Shown: positions 49,571 to 62,230 of the stretch, in pieces
Layout of the letters: each line of letters begins with the position of its first letter
Numbering within the stretch: position 1 is the first letter of the stretch
Assembly: GCA_963667015.2 (NCBI GenBank)
Contig: CAXXJJ010000004.1
Coordinates: 1,760,001 to 1,824,000, forward strand
DNA: 64,000 nt
Direction of reading: 5' to 3'
From: Desulfatiglandales bacterium
GTDB lineage: Bacteria; Desulfobacterota; DSM-4660; Desulfatiglandales; HGW-15
Made by a program: the position numbers and the translations under genes
Notes under the pieces: model-generated
What the model was told of the DNA's origin: nothing
The model's input: the letters and a program-made list of their open reading frames with translations, nothing else
Databases searched by the model: none

Positions 49571-50884
49571 ATGAACATATTTCAAAAATCTATAATTACC
49601 ATTTTCATATCCTCCATGGCTTTCCTGGCCTGTTCCCAATCAACCGACAAACAGGAAACAGGCAAAAAATGGGTAAGTACATGGGCAACAGCCCAGCAGC
49701 TTGACGAAGTTGTATTCCCTAAAATGACTCTGCCTCCCAATTTTAAAATGCCGGAACAGGGTCCCCCACCTAAACCCGGTGAACTTGGAGACAATCCTTC
49801 CATATTTTATGTACCTCCGGAACTTAAAGACAGGACCGTAAGAATGGTTGCTCACACCACTATAGGTGGCAGCAGGATCAGGATTAATCTTTCCAGCGCA
49901 CTTGGCCGCCCTCCTGTTAAGGTTGGATCAGCTCATATCGCGGTATATAATTCCAATGGATCAATTGTACCCGGAACAGACCATGAACTTACATTCAATG
50001 ATAAACCTTCGTGTACACTGCTGCCCGGTGTTCTTCTGTTGAGCGATCCTGTGGATATGGAAGTACCTCCTTTCACAGACCTGGCTGTCTCCCTTTATTT
50101 CCCCGAAGAAACAGGTACTCCTACTGAGCACAGACTCGGGCTTCATACTACCTGGATATCCAGAGGAAATTCAGCAGGAAACGAAGTTATGCCGGAACCG
50201 GAAAAAACCTATGCATATTTATGGCTGGCTGGCATTGATGTGCTGGCAGAATCAGATGACTTTTCAATTGTTGCCCTGGGTGATTCCATCACTGATGGTT
50301 TTGCAACAACGCTGGACGCAAACAAACCATGGCCGGTGTTGCTTGCAAAACGCTTGAATACATCGTCAGAGTCAAGACAGATATCTGTAATAAACCAGGG
50401 CATTTCAGGAAATCAGGTACTGCGTGATGGCGCGGGAATAAGCGCCCTTGCAAGATTCGATCGGGCTGTATTGAGTGTTGCAGGAGTAAAATGGGTAATT
50501 TTTCTTGAAGGCATTAATGATATCAATATTCGCGGATGGAACGACGGCCCTGAAGGTCTCACTTACGAAGAGCTCATTTCAGGTTACAAACAGATCATAG
50601 AGCGCTGTCATACACACGGGATAAGGGTGATAGGAGCAACACTGACACCGGAAGAAGGTGTACCTACAATGTCCGAGCGTGGTGAAGATATCAGGCTGAG
50701 AGCCAATGAATGGATACGCACTTCAGGATATTTTGATGCTGTTGTGGATTTTGATAAAGTTATTCGTGACCCCGATAAACCTGTCCGAATGCGTCCGGAG
50801 CTTGATCCGGGTGATCATATTCACCCGAATGATGAAGGAAACCAGGTCATGGCTGATGCCTTTGATTTAAATCTTTTTAAGTAG
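49571..50884 (+). CDS. SGNH/GDSL hydrolase lipoprotein
   Basis: Lipobox FLAC; LGDSITDG, NQGISGN, EGINDI, DHIHP. Confidence 0.92.
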   Translation: MNIFQKSIITIFISSMAFLACSQSTDKQETGKKWVSTWATAQQLDEVVFPKMTLPPNFKMPEQGPPPKPGELGDNPSIFYVPPELKDRTVRMVAHTTIGGSRIRINLSSALGRPPVKVGSAHIAVYNSNGSIVPGTDHELTFNDKPSCTLLPGVLLLSDPVDMEVPPFTDLAVSLYFPEETGTPTEHRLGLHTTWISRGNSAGNEVMPEPEKTYAYLWLAGIDVLAESDDFSIVALGDSITDGFATTLDANKPWPVLLAKRLNTSSESRQISVINQGISGNQVLRDGAGISALARFDRAVLSVAGVKWVIFLEGINDINIRGWNDGPEGLTYEELISGYKQIIERCHTHGIRVIGATLTPEEGVPTMSERGEDIRLRANEWIRTSGYFDAVVDFDKVIRDPDKPVRMRPELDPGDHIHPNDEGNQVMADAFDLNLFK

Positions 50885-50902
50885 ATACTCAAGGAAAGAA
50901 AA

Positions 50903-51904
50903 ATGACAAAACAAATAAAAATTATCTTTACTACTGCGCTCATTACCGCACTCTTCGCTATAACGGTGCAGACCGAAGCAGTTAACCGTTACCCGGATAC
51001 AACCGGACCATACAATGTTGTTATGGAAAAGGATGAGTCCCTTCCCGGGTATACAATATTCAGGCCTGTTGATCTGTCAGCGGTAAAAGGTAAATTACCT
51101 GTTGTAGCGGTTGCCCATGGCGGATGTTATGATGTTGGCAATTTCTCTTCAAGATATGCCTATGAAATTGCATCATACGGGTTTCTGATTGTTGCAAACG
51201 GTAATATAAGTACAGAGCTTGAAGAGGCAACAGAAGAGGCAGTAAATGCTGTCCGTAAGGCTGAGGCAATGTCTCAAAAAGCCCCGTCCATTGATCTGGC
51301 GACTAAAGTTCCGCAGGAGCAGTTAACCAGGTGTAAAACAGATAAACTCTTTAATGCCATTGACTGGGCCGTTGAGCATGATAAAAAAACCGGGAGTATC
51401 TACTTCGACAGGCTTGATACCGATGCAATGGCCGTGATGGGAGCATCCTGCGGTGCTTTGCAGGCGCTTGACGCTTCCCTGGACAGCCGTATTAAAACAG
51501 TGGTGTTTATGAACAGCGGAATCATGAGAACGGGCATTCCTGAGGGAGAAGAAGTTAAAAAATTAATGGAATTTTTAAACCTGCCCGGCCCGGACATCCT
51601 TAAAAAGCTCCGTACACCGGTGATCTATCTGAACGGCGGACCGACCGACATTGCATATGACAATTCGGAAGAAGATTTCAAGGAAATAGAAAAGGTGTTT
51701 ATATTCAAAGGTGACCTTGATGTTGGTCATGGAGGCACGTTCCTTGAACCGAATGGCGGCAGGTTTGCCGAAGCTGCAACACAATGGCTTTTGTGGCAGC
51801 TCAAGGAGGACAAAAAGGCAGGCAGCATGTTTCTTGGTGACAAATGCGGACTATGCATTGATCCTGAATGGAATGTTAAGAGAAAAAATACGCCGTACAG
51901 ATAA
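50903..51904 (+). CDS. Exported alpha/beta hydrolase
   Basis: GASCG nucleophile elbow; GGPTDIAY (Asp); GHGGT (His). Confidence 0.85.
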   Translation: MTKQIKIIFTTALITALFAITVQTEAVNRYPDTTGPYNVVMEKDESLPGYTIFRPVDLSAVKGKLPVVAVAHGGCYDVGNFSSRYAYEIASYGFLIVANGNISTELEEATEEAVNAVRKAEAMSQKAPSIDLATKVPQEQLTRCKTDKLFNAIDWAVEHDKKTGSIYFDRLDTDAMAVMGASCGALQALDASLDSRIKTVVFMNSGIMRTGIPEGEEVKKLMEFLNLPGPDILKKLRTPVIYLNGGPTDIAYDNSEEDFKEIEKVFIFKGDLDVGHGGTFLEPNGGRFAEAATQWLLWQLKEDKKAGSMFLGDKCGLCIDPEWNVKRKNTPYR

Positions 51905-51990
51905 TCAAGGAATGACAATAAAAAAACAATTGCGAGATTGCAGATTATCTTCTAAATGTTCAACACTATAATAATGCGCGTGCAATTTTC

Positions 51991-52019
51991 TTGACACACA
52001 ATACAACCCGACCTATACT
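51991..52019 (+). promoter_or_regulatory. sigma70 promoter of the TetR gene
   Basis: TTGACA-N17-TATACT. Confidence 0.75.
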
Positions 52020-52072
52020 CATATCCTTAAAAGAGAATCCCTTTCAGCCAACATATTCAAAACAAAATTATT

Positions 52073-52753
52073 ATGAAATCCATAAAAAATTACAGCGAAA
52101 CAGATCTCCCGGGATTGAGTATCAAACAGAAAAGAAGTAAAAAAACCTATGATGCTTTAATCAAAACCGGTTTCAATTTATTAAAAACGCGGGAGTATGA
52201 CTCGATTACGGTTGCTGAGCTGTCTAAGGCGGCCGATTATTCAGTTGGTGCATTTTATACGCGGTTTCAAAGTAAAGACGAATTTTTTGATGCCCTGGTC
52301 ATTCATCACTTCAAAACTCGAGATGCACATCTTGATCGATTATTTTCTACTTCGCACAACGATGACTTTGCTGATGTATTAATAAAGGATATTGTCAATT
52401 ACTTCAGGATAAACCAGAAATTCTGGCGGGCTGCACTTAAACGCAGTATGCGCGACCCTGATTTCTGGTCGCCAATTAAAAGGTCCGGGCACAACATTGC
52501 AACAAGTTTTATTGTAAAATTAAACGAGCTGTCCAACCGTCCATTGACCGATCTAGAGGAAACAAACGTCCGCTTCGCATTCCAGATTGTATTTGGCATT
52601 ATTAACAATACTATAATAAATGAACCCGGACCAATATCCTTGAAACAAAAGCTATTCGTGGAAAAGCTGATTAGAGCATTTCGACTCATTACAGACTACG
52701 ACAGGATTCTAGAAAATAAACAACCGGGAAAAGGTAAGAAAAAAAAATCCTGA
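52073..52753 (+). CDS. TetR/AcrR family regulator
   Basis: QKRSKKT..ITVAELSKAADYSVGAFYTRFQSKDE. Confidence 0.93.
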   Translation: MKSIKNYSETDLPGLSIKQKRSKKTYDALIKTGFNLLKTREYDSITVAELSKAADYSVGAFYTRFQSKDEFFDALVIHHFKTRDAHLDRLFSTSHNDDFADVLIKDIVNYFRINQKFWRAALKRSMRDPDFWSPIKRSGHNIATSFIVKLNELSNRPLTDLEETNVRFAFQIVFGIINNTIINEPGPISLKQKLFVEKLIRAFRLITDYDRILENKQPGKGKKKKS

Positions 52754-52913
52754 TATAAACATTTTTTTAATGCAGTTAAACTCTCCTTTTTTTATATAAA
52801 ATCAGAATATACCCCTAAAATAAAACAAACCCGCCTGATTTCTCAAACGGGTTCGCGGTTAATACTTCCAGCCTTTCATAGGGGAGGAAACACCAGAAGA
52901 TTAAACAACATTT

Positions 52914-55900
52914 TTATTTAAACTCAAACTTCAGACCAACTACAAACCTGCGACCACGAAGGTCACCAACTACACCGAGGCCCGAGCCTGTACCAAACCA
53001 GCTTTGAGATTCTGAAGCGAGGAATGGTTGAGGATCTTTGTCAAACACATTACTAACATTGAAAAATAAATTGAGGTTTCCCCTATCCAGGTCAAATCTG
53101 TAAGTCATATTCACATCGGTAAGGATTTCTGCATCTCTGGTATTGTCATAAACATCCCATCTTTCACTGGTACCATTGTAGTTCCAGTTCCGGTTAATCA
53201 GAGTCTTGCCTGTATACCTGTTCTGAAACCAGAATCCAAATGGACCACGCCGGTAGTTTAGGGATACAGAAGCTGTCCACTCAGGATAAGTAATATCAGC
53301 AGTTTCGACCTTAATGCCATCCTGGGTAGAAGAGTTCTCCCCTACATAACTGCCAAGCAGACGAAAGCCGATACTCTCGTCACCACCGAGCCAGTTAACA
53401 GGTGCATTATAGCCTAATTCAAAGTCAATACCAACTGCCTTTACTGAGTCCTTGTTAATATAGGGCTCACCAACCAGAGTAATTGCAGGGATAGTATCGC
53501 CATTGTCATCTAATATTGGATTGTCTCCATCCATTACTGGATCACCACCGCGAGTAATCATGTCACAGTAAGTTGGAATGCCATCCACATAGCAGCCTTC
53601 GGATACATCTGATGAACTTAACTTGTTGATATTATCCTTGATCTCAATAGTGTACCAGTCCATTGAAAAGCTAAGGCCTTCCACCCATCGGGGCATATAC
53701 ACCAGGCCCACTGTTCCGGTTGTTGCTCTTTCAGGCTGAATATCAGGGCTACCGTTAGAGAATCTGGTAACATTATACGAAATCGCATTTTCCGTATATT
53801 CTTCTGCCAAATAGTCCTTTACGCTCGCGATACCACCGGTTCGGTCAAATTTTTCACCCATGGTAGCAGCCCGCACATCACGGGAAAGTGTGCTGCGAAT
53901 TCGTAATTCATTATTAACAGCCCAGTCAAGACCACCTTTATAGGACCAGGCTGTACCGGCTCCCGAATAATTTGCCCAGCGTGCAGCCCCATTAAAATTC
54001 AGCTGTTTTACAAAGGGGAGATCAGAGACTATAGGAACCAGTATTTCATCAAATACTTCATGTACGTTCTGGTCACCACGGGCAAATGGCACATTTGAAA
54101 ACTGTATGTCAACTATGTTGCCTGAGGCGATATTACCGCCAGCCACACCGCGAATACCCAGTGCTGGATTGGTAGCCATTACCGGGAGGTAAGTCGGATC
54201 GATATTTTCATTACCTCCAGGACCTACCTGCACTAACTGAGTAAAAGATTCCTCACGATAGTTATAACCAAAGGCCATACTGATGGGACCTGCACCCCAA
54301 CCTTCATAAAGCTCGCCGTCTGCTGAAACTTCAAATACAGTCTGATCAATATTGATAATCCTTTGCTTATTCGCACTTGAAGTATAGCTGTAGGGTATGC
54401 TTTCGGTGCCAGAAAGAAAACCTTCTACATCCATTTGAACTCCTGGCTCATAGCCGGTTACCCAGTCAACGGCTTCCGCAGATGCCTGCCCCGCGCCAAA
54501 GAGATTAAGAGGTACACAGTCCTGATACATCTCGTTTGCCGTGCCTCTGGTTGTAACAGCCACGTTACAGGCAGGTTGGCCTGTAAGAGGATCAGTAACA
54601 ACATCCATGGCAAGATAGATTCGATCAAGACGGACACCACCGCGCTGAATTGCCTTTACATCGGTTTCACCGTACTGAATGTAACCTTTGATCTGCCAGT
54701 CATCAAAAAAACCGGAGCCTACTGTGTATTCGAAGCCGGTTGTCAGAGACAGGGTCTTTGTCTGCTGCTCGGTATAGGGATCAAAACCTATGTCTTCGGG
54801 TCCGCCATTTCTGCTGAATTTTACACTCGTCAGTGAATTGGCATCCATTATATCCTGAATACTCTGCGGCAGGAAAGGGTTTTCACGATAGACCGTGAAG
54901 GCGCCCCAATATTGAGCGAATACTCCGCCATAGTTTTTGTTAACGAAATATGATTTTCCAAGCATGGCCTGACCGTAAACCTTGAGCTTGTGACTAATGT
55001 CATGCTCAATATATGCAAAGTAATTTTCTCTACCGGACTCAGGCGTTAACGTAGTATTATCCCAGGGGGCGCTATCCGTAGAAGAAAAAACACCATCGGG
55101 GTTTTCACACTTTGTCCCCAACCCGCTGGTACAAAGCCCGGTGCTCTTTATATAAGGAACAGCATTACCTGCGCTATCAAAAGTGTACCAGCCGACAGAA
55201 GCCGGAAACGTGAGGATTCCATCGATTGAGCTGGATTGGCTATAGAGCTTGCGGACCGGTATATAAAAAGGGTTGTCGCGAGAGGTTCCTGCGTCGGCTC
55301 TTGGACTTCGAACCAGGCCGATAGAATCATACCATGAATAGTCACCGAGCTTATCACCATAGATAGGGTCCTGTTCGCCTTTTTCCACTGAAAGCAAGAT
55401 TCGGGTCATGTCTGTCAACTCATAACCGCCGCCGATTGCCAGCTCATAGTTTTTATTATCGCCCCTCGCAGTTTGACCCATCTGCACATGCCCCTTGATT
55501 CCTTGATAATTGGTATTCAGGATAAAGTTGGTAACACCAGCCACAGCGTCAGTACCATAAGCTGCAGAAGCACCACCGGTTACCGTCTCAAAAGACCTGA
55601 GCAGAAGTTCGGGAAAAAGGTTTATATCCGGTCCTCCGAATATAGTAGAAGGGACCACCCGGCGACCATCCAGTAACGTCAGTGTACGCTTGCCCTGAAG
55701 CCCACGCAGATTCAAGGTCCCTGCACCTGAAGTTTCGAAAAAACCACCTGTATTCTGTGTAGTATTTGAACCATAAAACATTGGCAATTCCGCCAGTCCC
55801 TCAATCATTGTGGTCGGAGATGCCATATCGATCTCATCCGGCACTACCACGGTGACCGGTGTTGGAGTATCCATACCGGATGTTCTGATTCGTGAACCAG

Positions 55901-56070
55901 TTACTGTAATTTCATCCAGGGTAAATTCATCTCCGGAGTCATCATTTGCACTATTTTGAGCCAAACCATGAGTGGTGAATAGCATGAGGCTGATAATTAA
56001 CAATACTAAACAGGTGCAAGCCTTTCTTACTCCCCCTTTAAAATTGAATCATTTCTTTCATTTCTTTCAT
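52914..56070 (-). CDS. TonB-dependent receptor; the RBS-led start at 56070 is out of frame with the body by +1
   Basis: DEITVTGSRI, RTLTLLDGRR, GGASAAYGTDAVAGV, C-terminal FEFK. The AGGAGG-ATG at 56070 reads MKEMKEMIQF* and needs a 1-nt shift at TTT-TAA to join the body (ORF track start 56003). Confidence 0.9.
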
Positions 56071-56569
56071 GTCCTCCTAATAAATTAAGTTTTACACTCG
56101 GGGATAAATCCATAGGGACAAACCTAGAACAATAAAATAGTTACCGTTTCTTTATTAATACCTGGGAATACTTCAGCAGCTAAAATTGCTGCATAATACA
56201 TTCAGCTTGAATAAAGTTAACTCAATTAATTCTATTCTTCGGTTTTTCGAAATATGAAAGATTTAATGATTTTAGTTTTAACTTAATGTTTAATACGCCC
56301 GTTAATATTTAAGGGCGGCATTGCTCAGAAGAAGAGAGGAGGTTCCAGTTACTGATATAACTCCGCTGATAAGCGAACATTCGAACAGGAATCTATAGAA
56401 TGAGCTAGAGCAATGATATCTCTGAGTTTTAGAGAAACATTGATAACACACCAATACAGGTCATTGGACACGAATCTATTACTGTCAAATGATCTGTAAT
56501 AAACTATAATAAAAAGCAAAAGACTCAGTATAATTTTAGGTTTAAAACTATTAAGACTTGATTTTTAAA

Positions 56570-56599
56570 ACAGAATACGGATTCTGTATTCATTGTCAA
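56570..56599 (-). promoter_or_regulatory. Palindromic operator overlapping a sigma70-like promoter facing the TonB receptor
   Basis: ACAGAAT-N4-ATTCTGT at 56570-56587, overlapping minus-strand TTGACA-N16-TATTCT. Confidence 0.55.
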
Positions 56600-56711
56600 G
56601 TAATTTATTTATTTTTTAAAATCGCCTTTAAAACTAAAGCGTTACACAATCTTTACGTTAACTCATGCATGATTTCTATAGATAATTTTGATGTATTCTC
56701 TCTAAAAACAA

Positions 56712-56750
56712 AATGAACTACACCGCAGCAATGACGCGGGGTAGTTCATT
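56712..56750. repeat. Strong hairpin downstream of the Mo-enzyme operon (terminator or IS200/IS605-like end remnant)
   Basis: AATGAACTACACCGC...GCGGGGTAGTTCATT. Confidence 0.55.
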
Positions 56751-56780
56751 CAGAGATGTAAAAATATGTATATTTGTCTG

Positions 56781-57608
56781 TTAAAGCATTATAGGGATAT
56801 CTCCGAGATTGATGTCTTCCGGCGTTGTATCAATCTTTTCAAAGGACTCTTTCTTGTCACCCTTAATAATCTCCAGGCTGTATTCACCTTCTCCCAGCCC
56901 TTCGAACCAGAAGTCGCCATAGCGATCCGTCCTGGCATTCAGTTCTTTACCGCTTGACGCTTCGGTCAGAGTACAATCCGCATCTATAATGACTTCTTTT
57001 TCATTGGGATCATATACTGTTCCGGTAATGAACCTGCCAGGCAGATTCAGGTAGTATACCCTGGGTTTGACTTCATCCTTCAATTCAGGTTTCCAGACCT
57101 GGGCATCATTGATTATATCCCTTGCCTCATCTTCATCCATCATCCGCAAAGCCTCTGTCGGGCATGCATCCGCACACCTCGGTTCCACCCACACATCATC
57201 CAGCAGGTGTGCGCATCCCGTACATTTCTGTGCTATGTTGAGATTTTCGTTAAAATAAACAACGTTATAGGGACACCCTTCAATGCAGAGTCTGCATCCG
57301 GAACACTTGTCGCCGTCAATTATCACCAGACCGTCATCCCTCTTGTATATGGCATCTTCAACCGGGCAGACCTCTATACAGGGTGCATCATCACAATGCA
57401 TGCACAGATGGGGACGATAGGCAACCTTTACCTTTGGCACAGTGCCCCTTACACGCTCGGTAAGGTCCATCCAGAACTGCCCTGAGTCAGGCTGGGGTTT
57501 TGCTATAGGAGACCAGTCATTACCAACATGCTCATCCTTACAGGCAATCTGACAGGCGTGGCATCCGTTACATTTAGTTATATCTATCACAAATACTTTC
57601 TTTGACAT
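56781..57608 (-). CDS. Fe-S small subunit, pyrogallol transhydroxylase beta-like
   Basis: VIDITKCNGCHACQIACKDEH, CMHCDDAPC, AQKCTGCAHLLD, KPRVYY and a C-terminal beta-sandwich (YGDFWFEGL). Confidence 0.88.
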   Translation of the reverse strand: MSKKVFVIDITKCNGCHACQIACKDEHVGNDWSPIAKPQPDSGQFWMDLTERVRGTVPKVKVAYRPHLCMHCDDAPCIEVCPVEDAIYKRDDGLVIIDGDKCSGCRLCIEGCPYNVVYFNENLNIAQKCTGCAHLLDDVWVEPRCADACPTEALRMMDEDEARDIINDAQVWKPELKDEVKPRVYYLNLPGRFITGTVYDPNEKEVIIDADCTLTEASSGKELNARTDRYGDFWFEGLGEGEYSLEIIKGDKKESFEKIDTTPEDINLGDIPIML

Positions 57609-57610
57609 GT

Positions 57611-60274
57611 CTACCTCCTCTTCTCTACCCAGGCATCAAAACGGAGACCTGAACTCGGATCATATTCTCTGTTGAAGGCCTCGGGGTATTCACTCATCCA
57701 TCTGCCCATCTGCTCAGGCGTAACCTTTTCGATTTCCACGAGAAAACCGCTGGTAGCCTGTCCCGCGCAGTGCTTTGATGTCAGGCCAGCAGGTGATACC
57801 GAGTTTATGGCCCCTCCCCTGTCCAGTTTTCCTGGAATAATAGGATCATGTCTTGCACCGTGGTCCACGGAGACAGCTCCGGGCCTTATTCTCTCAAAGA
57901 CGCGTGCTCCGACAAGGGTGGCTCCTCTTTCATTAAATACCCGAACAATATCACCATCCTTGATGCCCCTCTTTTCCGCATCACCGGGATTGATCCAGCA
58001 TGGTTCGTACTTGTACCCGTCAAAACCCTTTACCTTGCATGTAAACGCTTCACGTGTCCACGATATATCGTCACACTGGGCATGGACCCTCCACCGACCA
58101 TGATTGGACATTAAAAGGAGCGGGTATTTCTCAGCCCTCTCACTGGATCTCCTTTCATCATGGGTTTCACTCTTTTCTATCCATTTGGGAATAGGCCCGC
58201 GTTCAATGTCATCGGGGAAGTTCTTTGCAATACGTTCGGAATAGAATTCAAGCTTGCCTGAAGGCGTGGAGAGGGGATTAGCCTCCGGATCCTTGTAGAA
58301 GTCATAGAGGCCCGCGGTATCATCCTCCCAGTCTTCAGCAACGGGCAGTACATAATAGCCTTTTTCTATAAATTCCTCCCAGCTTATGTATTTATCAAAT
58401 CCCATGTCATCAAAAACGTCCTTTATCAATTCGGATGATGATCTGCCTTCGGTAACTTCATCATACATGCCCAGTTTCTTGGCAACCTCCAGGACCGCCT
58501 CATAGTTGCTCTTTGCTTCACCCACCGGAGGAATAGCCTCTTCCATGCGCACAATACTTTGAAAACTCTCCCCGTCTCTTACGCATGGTGAAATATCATC
58601 TGTCTCTATTGTTGTTTTGATAGGCAGGATAATGTCGGCAAACAGACTGTCATTCTCAAGCCAGGGTGCCTGTGCAACAAAAAGTTCAATCTTGGGACTC
58701 CTTGCTGTTTCTGCGATATGGTGCCCGTTACCCCAGCATGTAATACGGCAGGGTGTATCAGACCATATCATCCTGATCTCGGTACCGCCTTCTTCTTTGG
58801 GTATAGGGTAGGTATATTTAACGAATTGATCAGACGTTGGAACTTCGATACCGCCGGTACCCCAGAAATCGACCTTGCCTTCATTGATAGCCGTTTCTAT
58901 AAGTGTCTTGGGAATCATCTGTTTTCCCCATGCCTTCGGTGTTAAACTGTGGGGTTTCATAAGTCTGTTACCATACTTGCTGTTTTTCAGGCTCTCAAAC
59001 ATCGCCATGTGCCCTCCCGTCTTCGGGGTGACTATGTTCCTGGGCATTCCCTGATAGGCAATCTGGGTCTGGTGAACACCGGGCTTTCCCAGGCCCTGCA
59101 TTCCAAGAAGTACAACCTCGAGTCTGGCTGGTTCATGGGACAATGGACCTCTAATCATACCGCCACCGAAATAGTGACCTATGGTAGTTACGTTATCGGC
59201 AAAGTCTCTTGCAAGGGCCTTTATGGTCCATTCGGAAACTCCGCACTTGGGTGATGCCCATTCAGGTGTTTTGGGGACACCGTCCTCTTCACCCATGACA
59301 TAGGCCTTTACTTTATCAAAACCCACAACATGGGTATCAACATATTCCTTGTCATAGGTATCTTCTTTGATCCAGGTGTATATTATAGCAAGCTGAAGGG
59401 CAGCGTCTGTGTTGGGGAATACCGGAATCCATTTGTCTGCGTGGATAGCAGCCGCATAGTTCAGATCAGGGCAGATATAGATCTGCCTGATTCCGATTTC
59501 TTTCCAGAACCGAACTATATTGCTGGCAAACTGCCCCCTGAAACCCCAGGGTGTTGTCTCAGGGTCACCACCCCAAACCAGGAGTAATTGAGTGTGCTCA
59601 GTTATGTCTTTAACCAGGTTGTTGGCCGGGGCCATCATTCCTATGAGTCCTGAGCCCCACATATGCTTTGAACCCCAGTACCAGCCCTCCCATGAATCAG
59701 GATTTCTGACCTGCTGTGTAAATCCGCCCATCTTGTCCAGCAGCAGGGAAGAGGAGCCGTGTGTTGCATGAACAAACATGCATTCACCGTGGCCGTCACC
59801 CTGGATCAGGATGGCCAGTGGTCCATATTCCTTATGTATCCTCTTTATCTCTCTGGCAATTAATTCGGCGGCTTCATCCCATGAAATCCTGACAAATTTG
59901 CTCTTTCCCCTGTTATGGGTATTGCGGTCACCATCCGGATCCCAGTCAATTCTCTTTAAAGGATATTTTATTCTGTTCGGGGAATATACCCGTTTTTTAT
60001 AGGCAAGACTGAAAGGTGAGGGAAGGGCCTTCATCATGGGTTTCAGCGTCTTCCCGTTTTTACTGATTTCCCACGGATTGAAAGTTTTTGAATCATATTT
60101 AGCATCGTAATGAAGGGGTCTTATCCTTATGATCTTTCCATTTTTGACATCCACTGCACAAGGAACTGCCCCGTAAATACCACCGCTGAGTCCGAGAGCC
60201 TTATATACCGTTTTGTCGGCTTTACTAGCCAACGGATCTTTCATTCTTTTTTCCTTTGATATTTCTCCTGGCAT
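57611..60274 (-). CDS. Mo-bisPGD oxidoreductase, pyrogallol transhydroxylase / resorcinol hydroxylase large subunit-like
   Basis: VDVKNGKIIRIRP, RIKYPLKR, ISWDEA, NPDSWEGW (Ser ligand motif of this subfamily), TPSGKLEF; no Tat leader. Confidence 0.85.
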   Translation of the reverse strand: MPGEISKEKRMKDPLASKADKTVYKALGLSGGIYGAVPCAVDVKNGKIIRIRPLHYDAKYDSKTFNPWEISKNGKTLKPMMKALPSPFSLAYKKRVYSPNRIKYPLKRIDWDPDGDRNTHNRGKSKFVRISWDEAAELIAREIKRIHKEYGPLAILIQGDGHGECMFVHATHGSSSLLLDKMGGFTQQVRNPDSWEGWYWGSKHMWGSGLIGMMAPANNLVKDITEHTQLLLVWGGDPETTPWGFRGQFASNIVRFWKEIGIRQIYICPDLNYAAAIHADKWIPVFPNTDAALQLAIIYTWIKEDTYDKEYVDTHVVGFDKVKAYVMGEEDGVPKTPEWASPKCGVSEWTIKALARDFADNVTTIGHYFGGGMIRGPLSHEPARLEVVLLGMQGLGKPGVHQTQIAYQGMPRNIVTPKTGGHMAMFESLKNSKYGNRLMKPHSLTPKAWGKQMIPKTLIETAINEGKVDFWGTGGIEVPTSDQFVKYTYPIPKEEGGTEIRMIWSDTPCRITCWGNGHHIAETARSPKIELFVAQAPWLENDSLFADIILPIKTTIETDDISPCVRDGESFQSIVRMEEAIPPVGEAKSNYEAVLEVAKKLGMYDEVTEGRSSSELIKDVFDDMGFDKYISWEEFIEKGYYVLPVAEDWEDDTAGLYDFYKDPEANPLSTPSGKLEFYSERIAKNFPDDIERGPIPKWIEKSETHDERRSSERAEKYPLLLMSNHGRWRVHAQCDDISWTREAFTCKVKGFDGYKYEPCWINPGDAEKRGIKDGDIVRVFNERGATLVGARVFERIRPGAVSVDHGARHDPIIPGKLDRGGAINSVSPAGLTSKHCAGQATSGFLVEIEKVTPEQMGRWMSEYPEAFNREYDPSSGLRFDAWVEKRR

Positions 60275-60344
60275 AAAACCTCCTTACGACTTTGTTTTAT
60301 ATTAAAAGTACTGTACTCTGCTAATCACTCCATTATTTTAAAAT

Positions 60345-60532
60345 ATGAAAACAATTTCCTGCCAACTTTCCACCATGATTGGCAATTTGTACTCAAAAAA
60401 GCCCCTTAAAAATCAGCCATGGTAACCGGGACCGTATCAACCTTTGCAAAGTCGTCAACACCAATAGCATAGGCGATATCCTTTTCTCCTCCTTTGATAT
60501 AGATAACTGGCAATAAAGATATATCTTTTCAT
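60345..60532 (-). pseudogene. Deleted alpha/beta hydrolase remnant, paralog of 50903..51904
   Basis: GGAGGAG-ATG MKRYIFI joins, out of frame, PVIYIKGGEKDIAYAIGVDDFAKV, which aligns to PVIYLNGGPTDIAYDNSEEDFKEI of the intact paralog. Confidence 0.7.
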
Positions 60533-60636
60533 GTTAAACTCCTCCCGGTTAAATGATTGACAGGGGCGGCATTCATGGATAATCGCCGTCCCCTGCCCTA
60601 ATTACACAGGGCAACCCTGTAATTTCCCGAAATCGA

Positions 60637-62046
<1,410 letters not shown>

Positions 62047-62230
62047 TTAAGTTGTTAATATGATCAGTAAAAATATAATTAGAAATCAAAGGACCTCTGT
62101 AGGGATTCAGGTCCGGGCTTGTGATTTGAGCATTCTATTCTTGCTAAAATCGCTATTAATGTATATAGGTATACAAAAGGCTTAATAGTGTCAATAGATT
62201 TTTCAGTATATGATGTAAAGGAGTTATTTC

